DNA from: Okamejei kenojei
Taxonomy: Eukaryota
DNA length: 64,000 nt
Direction of reading: 5' to 3'
Assembly: GCA_035221665.1 (NCBI GenBank)
Contig: CM069131.1
Span: 22,878,001 to 22,942,000 of the forward strand
Part shown: piece after piece, positions 24,135 through 37,577 of the stretch
How positions within the stretch are numbered: the first letter of the stretch is position 1
Layout of the letters: each line of letters starts with the position of its first letter
Notes under the pieces: generated by a model
The model's database searches: none
The model's input: the letters and a program-made list of their open reading frames with translations, nothing else
Told to the model about the DNA's origin: nothing
Program-made: the position numbers and the translations under genes

Positions 24135-24333
24135 AGCAATATATTCGGCGGGCTGGATGAAAGTTTGGTGGCCCGCGCCGAAGCTCTGGCGGCTGTGGAC
24201 ATTGTACCGCAGAGCACCAAGAGCCACCCGTTCAAGCCGGACGCCACGTACCACACCATGAACAGCATCCCGTGCACCTCCACCTCCTCCTCTGGCCCCA
24301 TCTCCCACCCTTCCGCGCTGGGCTCGCACCCGC

Positions 24334-24364
<31 letters not shown>

Positions 24365-25082
24365 CCACCAACAGCACCACCAGCAGCAACAGCAGCCGCC
24401 TCACCCGAGCCTGGAGGGCGAGTTGCTTGAGCACCTGTCCCCGGGCCTGGGGCTGGGCGCCATGGCAGCGCCCGACGGCAGCGTGGTGTCCCCGCCGGCG
24501 GCACCGCCGCACCTGGGCGGCCTGGCCCACATGCACCAGGCCATGAGCATGGCGAGCCACGGGCTGGCCGCATCGCACGGCGCCCTGGGCTGCATGGGCG
24601 AGGTGGACGCCGACCCCCGCGACTTGGAAGCGTTCGCCGAGCGCTTCAAGCAGCGGCGGATCAAGCTCGGCGTGACCCAGGCCGACGTGGGCTCGGCGCT
24701 CGCCAACTTGAAGATCCCGGGCGTGGGCTCGCTCAGCCAGAGCACCATCTGCCGCTTCGAGTCGCTGACGCTGTCGCACAACAACATGATCGCTCTCAAG
24801 CCCATCCTGCAGGCGTGGCTGGAGGAGGCCGAGAAGTCTCACCGCGACAAGCTCAACAAGCCCGAGCTCTTCAACGGCGCCGACAAGAAGCGGAAGCGCA
24901 CGTCGATCGCCGCGCCCGAGAAGCGCTCCCTCGAAGCCTACTTCGCCATCCAGCCCAGGCCGTCGTCCGAGAAAATCGCCGCCATCGCCGAGAAACTCGA
25001 CCTGAAGAAGAACGTGGTCCGGGTCTGGTTTTGCAACCAGAGACAGAAACAGAAACGGATGAAATACTCCGCGGGCCATTAG
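24135..25082 (+). CDS. POU4F2: POU class 4 homeobox 2 (Brn-3b), coding exon 2 with POU-specific domain and homeodomain
   Basis: SNIFGGLDES..ARAEALAAVDI, His tract, EGELLEHLSPGL, DADPRDLEAFAERFKQRRIKLG, EEAEKSHR, YFAIQPRPSSEK, WFCNQRQKQKRMKYSAG; these residues favour POU4F2 over POU4F1/3. Confidence 0.95.
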
Positions 25083-27055
25083 TGCCACTCCCCGGGGCAG
25101 GAGAGAGCGAGAAAGGCGGACTGCAACTCCTCTCGCCCGTCCTCGGTCAACCGCACTGCCTGAATCTGTCAGGACCTTGCCGTGGGCCGCCAACAAGTAA
25201 GACAGGTTTTGTTTTGTTTTGTCTAATGCCACCCACTGCCACCGAAAGAGGACACATCAAAACCCCGACTGTCACTTGGTGCGAGCCGAGAGTTGCAGTT
25301 TACAGATCAACAAATGACATCATTGTTTATAAATCGTTTACACAAGGACCCGCTGATTTGAAATTATAGTGTATCGCGAATTGCTGTGTAGTTTATCTGA
25401 GGATTATGTTTTGGGTTGCATTCGTTTTTATTTCCTCCTCCAAACATCACCTCTTGCACAACTATTTGCCCTCTGCGCCCCGCACAGACACATGCAGGAG
25501 GTTCAGCTCCAGTAAGTGCAGCACTTGTAGCTGAACATTTGATGGACCGTCCCGTGTAATCTCCAGCTATTGATTGCTTGAGGTATGCCCCCAATACTCT
25601 AGCCACCGAGCTCTTCTGTCATCGCAGGAGCCTACAATTTTGTCTCCGCTTTATTCGGAAGTCATAACTCCGCCAAGCAATCAGCAACCTCCCGCTTACG
25701 GCTACCGTTTCATTACAAACCTGTGGGTGATGGCCCGATTTTTCTTCCAAATATCGCTTTGAAACCCCATTCACCGCCCCCGCCTCCCCTCCCCAGCATG
25801 GACGGAAATAGCTGCTAAGAACAAGCTCGAAGCCTCTCCCTCTGTCTGAAGGCTATTATTAGATTACTGCCAAAACAGCCTGAGCTTGAATTATTCATTC
25901 AAACCGTCTACAAAGTTAATTTCGTGTTCACTCGAATTAATTCCGCCTGTTTAATTCAAGTTGTGATAACAGCAGGGCAAATAAAAGGATTATTAAATTA
26001 TTTAATATTTAACACAGTATGTTGGTTGCTAGAATATAAGAAAGAAAGTGGTCGGGAAAAATAGGCGGCGATTTTTTAAAGAAAATATGTTTGAGCAGAC
26101 CGTGGATAGCGTTTTCTATAGAAAAAAAATTGCATACGATTCACCCGGTATATATGTGTATGAATATCAAAATATGATCTAATTAAATGTTGGTCTGGGA
26201 ACCCCCTCGTAAATTCTGCTACATCGCACAAAATGGGTTAATACAGCGGCTGTAAAGATTTTAATCTTTCAAAGCTAAGACCGACAATTAAAAATGCAAC
26301 TTAGTTGCAACTGTCTTGGGTCTGTTTTGATTTTGAATGAAGTTTATTTTTACTTAAATGCTTTGTTGCTCTTGTGGAGGGGAAAGATTGTAGAGGTGCA
26401 TTTATCAATGTTGAAAGAAAGCTGCACAATTCAATGAAAATTAACGATTGATGCACTGTAATACCTTGTTGTTTGGTACTGGCCTATCTTTTTAAAATAT
26501 TAAAAGAAAGGTACATGGGACTGTACCTGTATATTGTAAATATCATTCAGTGGACGATGCACATATAGATATATTCTTACAGATTTTGACGTGTTGCAGT
26601 TATAGCAAAAACATTTTTACGTGACAAGCGCACGGTTTCTGTATGGTATTTGGTCCCTTAAACATTCTGTTCCTTTGTTTGTTCTAGAGCGATTTACCAG
26701 TTTATTTATTGTTGTGATTTAATGTTAATTTATTGACATTCTGGTTATTAAAATGATTCATTTCATTCTGCAAATCCCTTTAACATTGTTTCGAAGTTGA
26801 ATCCTTTTAGTAGAATATGACATATGTTGTATGTTTTCATTGCAGTCGTGTTCTTGGGTATTTGTTTAACTATCTCTTTTATGTAGGTAGTTTTATCAGG
26901 ATGGGTTTTTACTTCTTAGCATGTAAACATCGTGTTTTTGAATTAAAACCCATCGGCTCCTAACCTAAAAAATACAGCTTTCATAAACTCAAACAAAATC
27001 ATTGTACTTTTTACTTTACCTTATCATGTAAGATTATGCACATCTTTAAAATAAA
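25083..27055 (+). other. Putative POU4F2 3' UTR with candidate poly(A) signals
   Basis: Repeat-free, U-rich distal part; ATTAAA at about 26747 and AATAAA at 27050-27055; true 3' end uncertain. Confidence 0.5.
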
Positions 27056-28884
27056 AGGTAATCTATTGACCTCATTGTTGATCTTTATTATTAAATGACC
27101 CTACGCTAAATGTTTACAATAAATCCTATATGTGGTTGCATTCGCTATAATGCGGTTTTAATCTAAACATAAACATATTTTATAACCTGTAAAAAAGCGG
27201 TTAAAAGATCGAACTGAAACTATTGGTTGGACTAAAAACAACGGTTCCTACAATTTTACATAAATCGAATGATCGCGTCTTATAGACTACCGATCAGTGC
27301 TGTTTTGCGGCGTGGTGAAGGAAACATGATTCTGTTGCTAATGCTTTAGCACTTAATGCCTGTATTGCCAGTAACGGGTAAAAGGTACCTCGGAGAGATT
27401 GCAAATATTCTATTAGACTCCAATCAGAGAGTCTGTGGAGACTAGGATTTGTCCCAGGAGCTCCAGGCTGCCAGATGTCAACGCTCGGTGCTCTCACACT
27501 GTCAGCCAGGAGTCTGTATCAGGGTATACATATAACCTGTTTTCCGGTCCATCTATTGCACGCCGATCGTCTAATAAAACTAGTGAAAACAAACAAAAAT
27601 AAAACTAGTGTATGGATGTTTATGCGATTTGAATCGTTTAAATGTGGCAATTTGTCAGAGCCGTATCCGGAGACTAGGGAATCAATGCCACCGAGAGTCG
27701 GCATCCAAACGCTTTGAGTTTGGCTTAACTAAAAAAAGCAACGTAATTCTCCCAAATCAAACAACCCATCACATTTTCAGTGTGCAATCTGTTATATTAT
27801 AGTTTTAAATACTGTGTTCAATTTACACTTATCCGATGTGTAGATTAAATTTCGCAGAAATAAGGCATTTTATATATTGTTGGCAATTCATCGTAGCTGT
27901 TTATGGGAATATAGCTTCTATTAATAATATAATTCTTCATGTTGGATGGTTTCAAATAATACCGAATGATAATGGGATTGGTGCGTTCAGTTCGGAATTA
28001 GTTTATTTACCCTTTATTCCCCTGTAGACTAATTACACATTGAACTACACCAAAGCACTGAATTCCCCATAGCAAGACTGTTGGTACCTGTAAATCTATT
28101 ATCTTCATAGAATTAGGAGACACAAATGAGTCTCCATTATTAAAGACTAAGCAGCTTTCTTCAAGTGATATGTTTAAAAATATATATTTTGGATGGAGCG
28201 TAAAGTAGTTATTTGAGCGACAGTAGAATTGACCAGAGGCTTAACGGATAGTGAACGAGTGCAGGGAGGCGGTCCCCAAAGTCAATATTATTTCAATTGG
28301 AATGTGCCTTAGAAGATTCTTAGAATGGATGTTCCTCATGCCAAAAGATGATGCTGTCGCATATTCCTTCCTATTTTGTTAAGTAAACATCACCAGACCC
28401 TTAACACGGGAAGCAATGCATATTTACCAGATTGTTTTATCAGTTTCTCCAATCAGAGTATTTACATGTCAGCCAAGGTTTTACTGCTCAGTGACCCATA
28501 TTACTTGAACTTGATCATCGAGTCTTTAACGGATCTGGTGAATATATAAGTGTAAACAGTCATATATTATTTCACAATCTCTCGATAATGTTCTATTTCA
28601 TTTCGATTACATTAATAAGGAGCAATGCTATGCATTTCGGGTCACGTTCCTCTTGTTAGGAGTTATACTCACTCGATTGTGTTGACTGATGGGAGAAGAG
28701 TTGTAAAAATGAACAAATGATGATCACATTTTATAAAGTCGACATAACGTCCTTTAAAATATGCCTAATTTGATTAAACGAAATGAAGAATTGTCTTTAA
28801 ATTCAACACTGTAGCATGCTTCTCCAATATACAAGCACAGAAGGGAGGGGGGGGGGGGAGGAGTATATGTATTCATCCTGAAAA

Positions 28885-29058
28885 TACACACAAAATGCTA
28901 TAGTAACTCAGCGGGACAGGCAGCATCTTGGAGAGAAGGAACGGGTGATGTTTCGGGTTGAGACCGTTCTTCAGCCTTTCTGTCCTAGGCCTCCTCCAAT
29001 GCCAGAGTGAGGCCAAACGCAAATTGGAGGAACAGCACCTCATATTTCGCTTGGGTTC
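28885..29058. mobile_element. Penelope-like element remnant: inverted terminal repeat fused to GIY-YIG C-terminus
   Basis: Minus repeat 28885-28975 joined to plus-strand LSVLGLLQCQSEAKRKLEEQHLIFRLG. Confidence 0.8.
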
Positions 29059-30861
29059 CTTTTTGTTTGCATTACAAAGCAGTTTCGGATGTGACTTTGT
29101 TAAATATTCTCATATGCCCTGTCTGCTGATAAAAGACACGACACAAAACTACCCATTAGCCATTCTGGAAGAACTTTTCGATTATTTCATCTAAAGTTGT
29201 AAAACTACTACTTTCCCTGTTTGACTGAAGCCCACGAATGATTATCAGCTAAATGTAATGAATCATACTCACAATCCATACAAGCCAAACAAGTGACAGC
29301 TGTTGGCAGTACAGAGGCTCCGTATCTTGGTAATTACATTAGAGGAACGCTGCAAAGTTCCTGCTTAAAGAACACAACCCGAAACTATGTAATTCCCGTT
29401 ATCCTGCTAATATTCATTATAGAGAGTTGCTTATCTTCAATTATCATGGAATAATCAATCTTCCACAAGGAATACACTTGTGCAACAATGATTAATACCT
29501 ACTGCTAATAATTCTGAATACAGCTGTCTAAACAACGCATCAATACACTGAATAGGTGACTATCTTTAGAACACTTGGAAGAGCCATGAAACTTACCCAC
29601 CATTTTTTTTTAACCTTATGGTAGAAGGTAGAAATTATTGAAAACGTCTTCTTTGGGTGATCCAAGTGTAGTTGTAGATGACCTCCTAACATTGTCTTTA
29701 ACGTGCTCATTTCATACTCGACCTTGTGAGGCTAGGTGTAATAAACGCAAAATTACTACAATTATGTGGTTGTGCGACTTCTGAAATCTGATAAAAGAGT
29801 TACAATTGGAAACTTAGTTGCGTCAGCAACTATTTTTAGATGGTATTGCCACTATTTTTGTTTCCCATTGGCTATTTTTATTTTTCATATTCGACATTAT
29901 ATTATCGTGCCTATTTTTGTTGGGGAGGGGGAGGAGTAAGTCGGACTTCCATTTAAAAGACAGGCTTGTTAACACTGATTGAGTTTGTAAATACTTAAAA
30001 CTTAGAAATAATTCTTAATAATTATTGATCTAAGGCGTCTGAAATTACCCGTCTGAATGCAGCGATAACGATCGAAATGCCAATAAAATATTACAAATTA
30101 ATCAGATAAACACAACTACCACCATGAGGATGGGGGCTGGAGGTGGAGATGTCGTTTATGTCAAATTAACCACTGAACAGGCAGCAGGAGAAGAATCTAA
30201 CATTTACCTCGCCCTCTAAATGAGTCATTCACTAAAAGGCCATTACGGGAATTAATAAATTACACAGCGAAAAGCGAAATCCAGATAATTACAACGAATA
30301 AGTAAGTAATCATTAGTTATCTGAGCTAATTACTCTGGGTCACAGAGAGTTGGAATTTGAAATCCTCACCGGGAATTAAAATTAACTTTGCATAGTGCGC
30401 GTCTCTGCTTGACATCCTCAATCTAGTCACATGTCAGTTCCCGAGTGAGAAACCTCTCGGTTAATTTAAGAGGGGAGGAGGAATCTGAATGAGAGTACTG
30501 CGAACTGGGATTGCTTCATGTTTTCATTTCTAACGCTTGAATAGATATTTTTATCAACGTATGTCTACGTTTGTTTATCATTTTAATGAAATATCAAGAT
30601 TACAATTGCAAATTTCCATTTCAACAGTTCACTTCTTTATATTAAATAAGACATTCTGAAGACGTTAAATTAAGAACGTATAACATCATGTTATTACGTT
30701 GTATGCTGAATTCCCGGTGTTTCCAATATCACATATAATATGTTTTTCTTGATTTATACTATTCACGCAAGAAAATATAACGTCTATTCCTTGTGACAAT
30801 TTGTGTGATCTCGTCAATCCTTAATTAGGGAAGGCTTTGCTTCTTCAAGAACGGAGGATTA

Positions 30862-30864
30862 AAA

Positions 30865-30899
<35 letters not shown>

Positions 30900-30901
30900 A
30901 T
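30862..30901. repeat. (AAAT)10 microsatellite
   Basis: Direct reading. Confidence 0.95.
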
Positions 30902-32857
30902 GTGACGATATTCTTTGGTACTGGTAAAATTTTAATGAAGTCTGGGATCGGTGGAACCCTGCCTTGGGAGAGCGAGAATATTTTAACTGTATATTTACAA
31001 TAACCGGCTGGCCTTCAAAGACGTGATTGCTTTTAATCTTGAATTAAAAGAACTATAGAATAAAAGTTGAAATTTCCCAGGCCTCTCAAATACGTTATAT
31101 TTTCAAATAAAACCGAGAGCCCATTTCGGAGTGTTTGTCCTTCAGCAGCTCTAAACCATCACACATTAGGTCTCCAATTACATTTTCGTTAATAATAAAT
31201 GGATTTGGTATAGAGGTGGCATTATATCGTGCTTTTGTAAGTTAAAAAAAATACGGTTAATGCAATATTAATCGGTTGAAGTGGTATAAGAATGTGTGGT
31301 GTTTTTTTTCAACCAGAAATCAACGGGCACGGGACACGAGTGAAGGAGAATAAAACGTCCATTGTGCCATTGTATTTTAAACAATGGTTTTTGGGTGAGT
31401 AGATGAAAATATTCTGTACTATTTAATACAAAAGGGTTGGCGTGGAAGCAACGCGGCTGTATTTAATGGTATTGTGCCCCACGTTTTCCATATACGAATG
31501 AAATAATGGGTTTACGTTCTGGGAATAAACAGGAATCGTCCTTCATGATTATACTTATCTATTAGTAGTAAATACGAATGAATAGGAAGACAACTAATAT
31601 TGCAGCCCAACCAGTGGATATTTAAACTAACAGGTTGTACGCTTTGAATAACTATTCTATGCAACATCTATAACATAGCGCACTGGATACCTTTTCGGTC
31701 ATGCAATGGAAACACAATGGCCCAATACGCCTTAACAGGATTAAATTATGACAACGATGTTGCAAGAGGCAAAAATAACAAACATCTAAATCATAATTTC
31801 CAGGAATATTACGCCCATCCTTATTCAAAAGAGGTACCGTTCCCTGATTCCATGTATTATTTGTTTTGTTTGACCGAGTATGCGATTGTTAATTCACGAT
31901 TCCGATAATTAGAATACATTTGTAATAAATAATTGGAGTTGCAAACGTGTTCCTTGTTCAACGTTATTATTATTTTTTTACCATTTAATAAGAAAACAAG
32001 CGCATTTGTTGTTCCAGTTAATATGGAGACGATACACAGCAAGTGCACAGCCTCACGTTAATCTTATATCAGTGTTCACTGTTTTCGAAGAACTGCGTGT
32101 TTCAGTACTATATTTTATTTTCTGGGGGATTTCTCGATATTTATTTCCAAATTGTAGCCTAATATAAATAACCACATAATCCAAAAAAAGAGACCAGTCG
32201 CGTGATTGCTTTAGTTTGTCAACTGTTATGTATAATATTTCTTTGATAAACCCATTCCCATATTTTCCCCAAAGATTGTCCAGTACATCCTCATCTGTCT
32301 GTGTGAGTCTACCTATTTATCAGACTGCCTGTCTATCTATTCATTCTTTCATTACTGTCACTTCCTTTGCTGAGACGGACGTGCATCTGCAGTGCACCTT
32401 TATGCCTTTATCCCTGTGCATTTTCCACACTGCGTCCATGTGTCCTTTTTACGATATCTTCCATGTTGTCTTATGATACTCAACTTATGAGACAATAACG
32501 CATCCCCCCCCCCCTTTTTTTTATTGCAACGCGATTCACGTCAGTTAATCTAACCGCACCACCATTATGGACACTATGGAGAAGTTAACAAATAAAGAGG
32601 TGGGTTTAATGCCTGTCAGCACATAAACATTTCTAAGTATATATTTAAAGATATCTGGAAGTTCGTACCATAAAAACTGCCTTAGCGTTTCGATCTTTAA
32701 CGATTCTGTGTACTAATCTATATAAAGAATTGAATGTTGTAGTTAAAGAACATTTTTAGTAAAATCAGCGCAGTCGAATTGAAAAATGTGAAAAAAACCT
32801 CAACTTATGTTTAAGCAAATAGTTTAATTGGATTATTTTATTGTGTGTGTGCAAATG

Positions 32858-32860
<3 letters not shown>

Positions 32861-32891
<31 letters not shown>

Positions 32892-32917
32892 TGGGGGGGG
32901 GGGGGGGGGGGGGGGGG
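32861..32917. repeat. (TG)n followed by a poly-G run
   Basis: Direct reading. Confidence 0.95.
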
Positions 32918-33194
32918 CGCTTAACCTGAGCTGCTATCCTTAAACTGCAATGATAATGATGGCTGCACTCTGAGATGTTTTCTGATTCAGTATTTGAAGT
33001 TTATCACAGATTCCTCGATTAAACACTAACATTAACATTCCACGGACTACAATAAATATTTACGCGTTAAAACGTGGGATAAAGACAAGTTTGCAATTGC
33101 GTTTTAAGCGCAGTACTCCACCATTGTTGCCTGGTCCAATTTAAATCGGGAAATTAACTGGGAACAAGTGCTGATGAGCTGTAGAGGAAGCAGC

Positions 33195-33862
33195 GGGACC
33201 ACACGCAAACTAGAACAGCACCTCATAGTCCGCGTGGGTAGCCCACATCCCAATGGCACGAACATTGATTTCTCCAATTTCAGATACCTCCTCCTTCCCT
33301 TTTTATCTTCTCAGCTTCCCTCCCACACCCCCCGTCGCGCACACTTTACCGTCCACTTTGACGGCTCCCATCGCCCAGTTCCTTCCCCTTCCTCCACCCG
33401 CTCATCATCAACTCTTCCCTATTTCTCACCTGTATTTTTAATTCCCCACTTCACCCGTTCCCTTCTTCCCACCATCTCGCCCTCTGGTTCTACATTCCAC
33501 CTCCCGCTTCCTTTCTGATCGGAGTTCATTATTTGCACCCTTGTTTCTTCTCTGCGTCATCTCCAGCTTCGGTTGTTATCTCCATTATTCTCTTCCCCGC
33601 CTGATTCATCTGCCAATCCACCCCTCCTTAACTGGGACCACCGATCAATTGCCAGCTCTCGCCCCATCGTAAACCATCACCCCTGAGTCCACCGATCAAT
33701 TGACAGTTCTTGCCCCACCGTACACCCGTCCCCCTCCCTCCACCCCCCCCCCCCCCCCCCGCTATCCATCAATCTGAAGTAGGGTCGTGACCCGCAGCGT
33801 CGTCTCTGAGCCTCCATGGATGCTGTCTGTCCTGCTGAGTTTCTTCAGTAATTTGTGTTTTG
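33195..33862 (+). mobile_element. Penelope-like element 3' portion
   Basis: TTRKLEQHLIVRVGSPHPNGTNIDFSNFR (GIY-YIG C-terminal E..LI..LG..P.G.N pattern), pyrimidine-rich UTR, then terminal CTGAAGTAGGGTCGTGACCCGCAGCGTC repeat. Confidence 0.8.
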
Positions 33863-35438
33863 GAAAATAAGCAACGCTGTTATTTCAAATTCTTTCGATG
33901 ACCTCATCAAAGTCACATTCAATATTTAGCTTTATAAACACTCTATGATCAACAAGTCCGTCACGATTTTTTATGTCATTTTTTATTTTTTATGATGATC
34001 CAGTGCAGTTGGAGTCTGCATTTCAATAGGCGAACCCAATGTTAAGTAGATTTTTAATTTCAAAAGGACACCGCCACTGAACCCAGATGGAATGTTAGAT
34101 TCCAATTGGAAGATGCTTACCTGTAAAATTGTGCTTTATAAATTGCGCCGAAAAATAGATCAAAACCAACTCCAACATCGCTAGTAACAATGCACTACTT
34201 CAGCCATACGTCAGAATGACTGAACAGTGCACATTTCCTGAAATGTCCCGATGCATCAATGGAAATCCGTTACAATAGTCTGACAAAAAAAATCAATCCA
34301 ACTGCGGAAGTAATGCCTGATATCCAACACATTTATATTTGAAGTGATGAAATATCCGCGACAAATTCATCTGTCCCTTGCACTACGTTGGGCGAAATAT
34401 TTAATCATTGCCTAATCCGATAAGATAAATAATTTTATAAAACGTGGAACCGCCATTTCTTATACCCCAGTTACTAAATCCTCTAACCTTTTTTATCCTT
34501 CCACCCCGGACTTTTCTACAGAATTAATAACATCTAACACGTTAATATTGTTCTAGATCAAGATGTACCGTAGGAAGGAGTCTTTTATCCCTGAAATATA
34601 CAGCGATTCCTAATTGCACGCGTAAAGACGTACACTCTAATAGCAAGCAATAAGCAAACACCGCCAGGATTACTATAATGTTCCACAACATGTATTTTCA
34701 ACGCTTAAGACAGGGCTACTCGGGATTGTCTTTAAAAAGAGCAAGGGATCAACATGATTTGAATTAGGATTTGATTTGTGCATGGACGTATTTTCTGTAT
34801 AGTGTATATTGTGTAGCTCCTTGTCAGGCACATTCTGCCGCAGATCTATTAATCATTCCCACAAGGAGTGCCAGTATGTCAGCGCTTTACTCGCTCTTCA
34901 GTTTATACAGAACGGAATCATTTACATAAAGTCCTTTAGGCAAATAACTGTTGGGGCTCTAATTTATATCTGATCGAAAATTAGCCGTCATTATGCGCTC
35001 CATTAGCACTGTCTTTAATGTGGTTCTAAGCACCATTTGTCAAGGCGCTTGTTAATATCCTTCAAGTCTTTAAACTTGAGAGCTCATTAAAGTGTGGGCC
35101 CCATTATTGATGTCATTTAGATGAGAGTTTGGACAATTTACTCGGTGCACTGTCTTTTCTTGAATCTCCATTGCATATGCAGTTCACAGGCAGGAACATA
35201 ACTGATTGTGGAAAATTGCTGCGAAATTCAAAAAGTGATTTTTAAACGACATTAGTACGTTCTTTTCTTCCATCTATATTTTGTTTCTTTGTACAAAAAG
35301 CTCACCTTCCAAGCTGAATGAATTCTATATGTTCAAATAATTTGTGTTGTTATTGCATGTTCGCTTTGATTTCTATTAATCTGGAACTTTAAGGAATGGA
35401 ATACAAAAAACGGAAGCAAGTCAGTTTGCTGGTTTATA

Positions 35439-37577
35439 CAGTGCTCTCCACAATGGCAGTGTATAAACATTATAGACCTAACGTTTATTTATTTGCCTCT
35501 GTACTCCACAATTTGAGATTTGTGATAGAAAAAAGTCACATGTGGGTAAAATGCACATTGTCAGATTTTATTAAAAGCCATTTTTATACATTTTGATTTC
35601 ACCATATAGAAATTACAGCTGTATTTATACATTGTCCCCCCCATTTCAGGGCACCACAATGTTTGGGACACATGGCTTCACAGGTGTTTGTAACTGCTAA
35701 GGTGCGTAATAATTGCCTCCTTAATGCAGGTATAAGCTCTCAGCACCTAGTCTTTCCTCCAGTCTTTCCATCACCTTTGGAAACTTTTATTGCTGTTTAT
35801 CAACATGAGGACCAAAGTTGTGCCAATGAAAGTCAAGAAGCCATTATGAAACTGAGAAATAAGAATAAAACTGTTAAGGGCCTGTCCCACCAGCGTGCGA
35901 CTGCATGTGGCGAGCGCGACCAAACGTGGTGGCCTGAGGCGTACGGCCTCGCGGGGCCAGTCCCATTTCCAACTGAGCCGTATGGAGCGGGTCCCGACAT
36001 CATACTCACCAACCAGCTGGGCAGGAGGTGGGCCGAGTGGACATCGCACTGCGTCTGGCGGTGACGCCATCATGCGACGGCACGCCGGACGGTGATGCCA
36101 TCGCGCAACGCCATGCGCTAGGCGTACGGTGTCCAGACTCTGTGTACAGCGTCATGACGCTGCGTACGACATCGCGACGGTGCACACGTCCTCGATGTGG
36201 CTGCGGGCCGACAGGCCGTTGCCGCGCGGGATTTTTGGACAGTGTCAGTTTTTCGGAGCCCCGCACGATGTCGGGACCAGCCCTGCACAACTCCATATGG
36301 CTCCGGCGATCGAAGTGGGACCGGCCCCGCGAGGCCGTACGGCTCAAGCGACCACTTTAGGTCGCGCTCGCCGCATGCAGTCGCATGTTGGTGGGACAGG
36401 TCCTTTACAGACATCAGCCAAACTTTAGGCTTACCAAAATCAACTGTTTGGAACATCATTAAGAAGAAAGAGAGCACTGGTGAGCTTACTAATCGCAAAG
36501 TGATTGGCAGGCCAAGGAAGACCTCCGCAGCTGATGACAGAGCATTCTCTCTATGATAAAGAAAAATCCCCAAACACCTGTCCGACAGATCAGAAGCACT
36601 CTCCAGGTCAGGTGTGGATTTGCCAATGACCACTGTCTGCAGAAGACTTCATGAACAGAAATACAGAGGCGACACAGCAAGATGCAAACCACTGGCTAGC
36701 CGCAAAAATAGGATGGCCAGGTTACAGTTTGCCAAGAAGTACTTAAAAGAGCAACCACAGTTCTGAAAAAAGGTCATGTGGACAGATGAGATGAAGATTA
36801 ACTTGTATCAGAGTGATGGCAAGAGAAAATTATTGAGGAGAGAAGGAACTGCCCAAGATCCAAAGCATACCACCTCATCTGTGAAACACGGTGGTGGGGG
36901 TGTTATGGCCTGGGCATGTATGGCTGCTGAAGGTACTGGCTCACTTATCTTCATTGATGATACAACTGCTGATGGTAGTAGCATAATGAATTCTGAAGTG
37001 TAGAGATGCATCCTATCTGCTCAACTTCAAATAAATGCATCAAAACTCATTGGCTGGCGGTTCATTCTACAGCAAGACAATGATCCCAAACATACTGCTA
37101 AAGCAACAAAGGAGTTTTTCAAAGCTAAAAAATTGTCAATTCTTGAGTGGCCAAGTCAATCACCTGATCTGGTCCCAATTGAGCATGTCTTATATATTCT
37201 GAAGAGAAAACTGAAGGGGACTAGCCCCCAAAACTAGCATAAGCTAATATGGCTGCAATACAGGCCTAGCAGAGCATCACCAGAGAAGACACTCAGCTAC
37301 TGGTGATGTCCATGAATCACAGACTTCAAGCAGTCATTGCATGCAAAAGATATGCAACAAATACTAAACATGACTACTTTCATTTATGTGACATTACTGT
37401 GTCCCAAACATTATGGTACCCTGAAAAGAGGGGCCTATGTATAAACACTGCTGTAATTTCTACATGGTGGCACCAAATTGCATAGAAATTGCCTTTATTG
37501 AAATCTGACAATGTGCACTTTAACCACATGTGATTTTTTAATGTGATTACAAATCTCAAATTGTGGAGTACAGAGGC
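35439..37577 (+). mobile_element. Second Tc1 copy (same family as 19929-21540), interrupted by a MITE, right end truncated
   Basis: TA|CAGTGCTCTCCACAATG start; MRTKVVPMKVK from 35805; WTDEMKINLY, VKHGGGGVMAWAC, QQDNDPKHT, SPDLVPIEH; in-frame stops. Confidence 0.92.
35877..36404. mobile_element. PIF/Harbinger-type MITE (528 bp) inserted in the Tc1 ORF
   Basis: TTA|AGGGCCTGTCCCACCAGC...GTTGGTGGGACAGGTCCT|TTA; the empty site CTGTTAGAGAC is visible in Tc1 copy 1; long internal inverted arms. Confidence 0.9.

Noticed and set aside
24036-25232. 398-aa antisense ORF over POU4F2 exon 2
   Set aside because: Shadow frame of a GC3-rich CDS; no recognisable domain
26649-26665. miR-133-like string TTTGGTCCCTTAAAC
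   Set aside because: Only a partial match and no precursor hairpin seen
35663-36633. Cluster of overlapping ORFs
   Set aside because: Arises from the GC-rich palindromic MITE within Tc1
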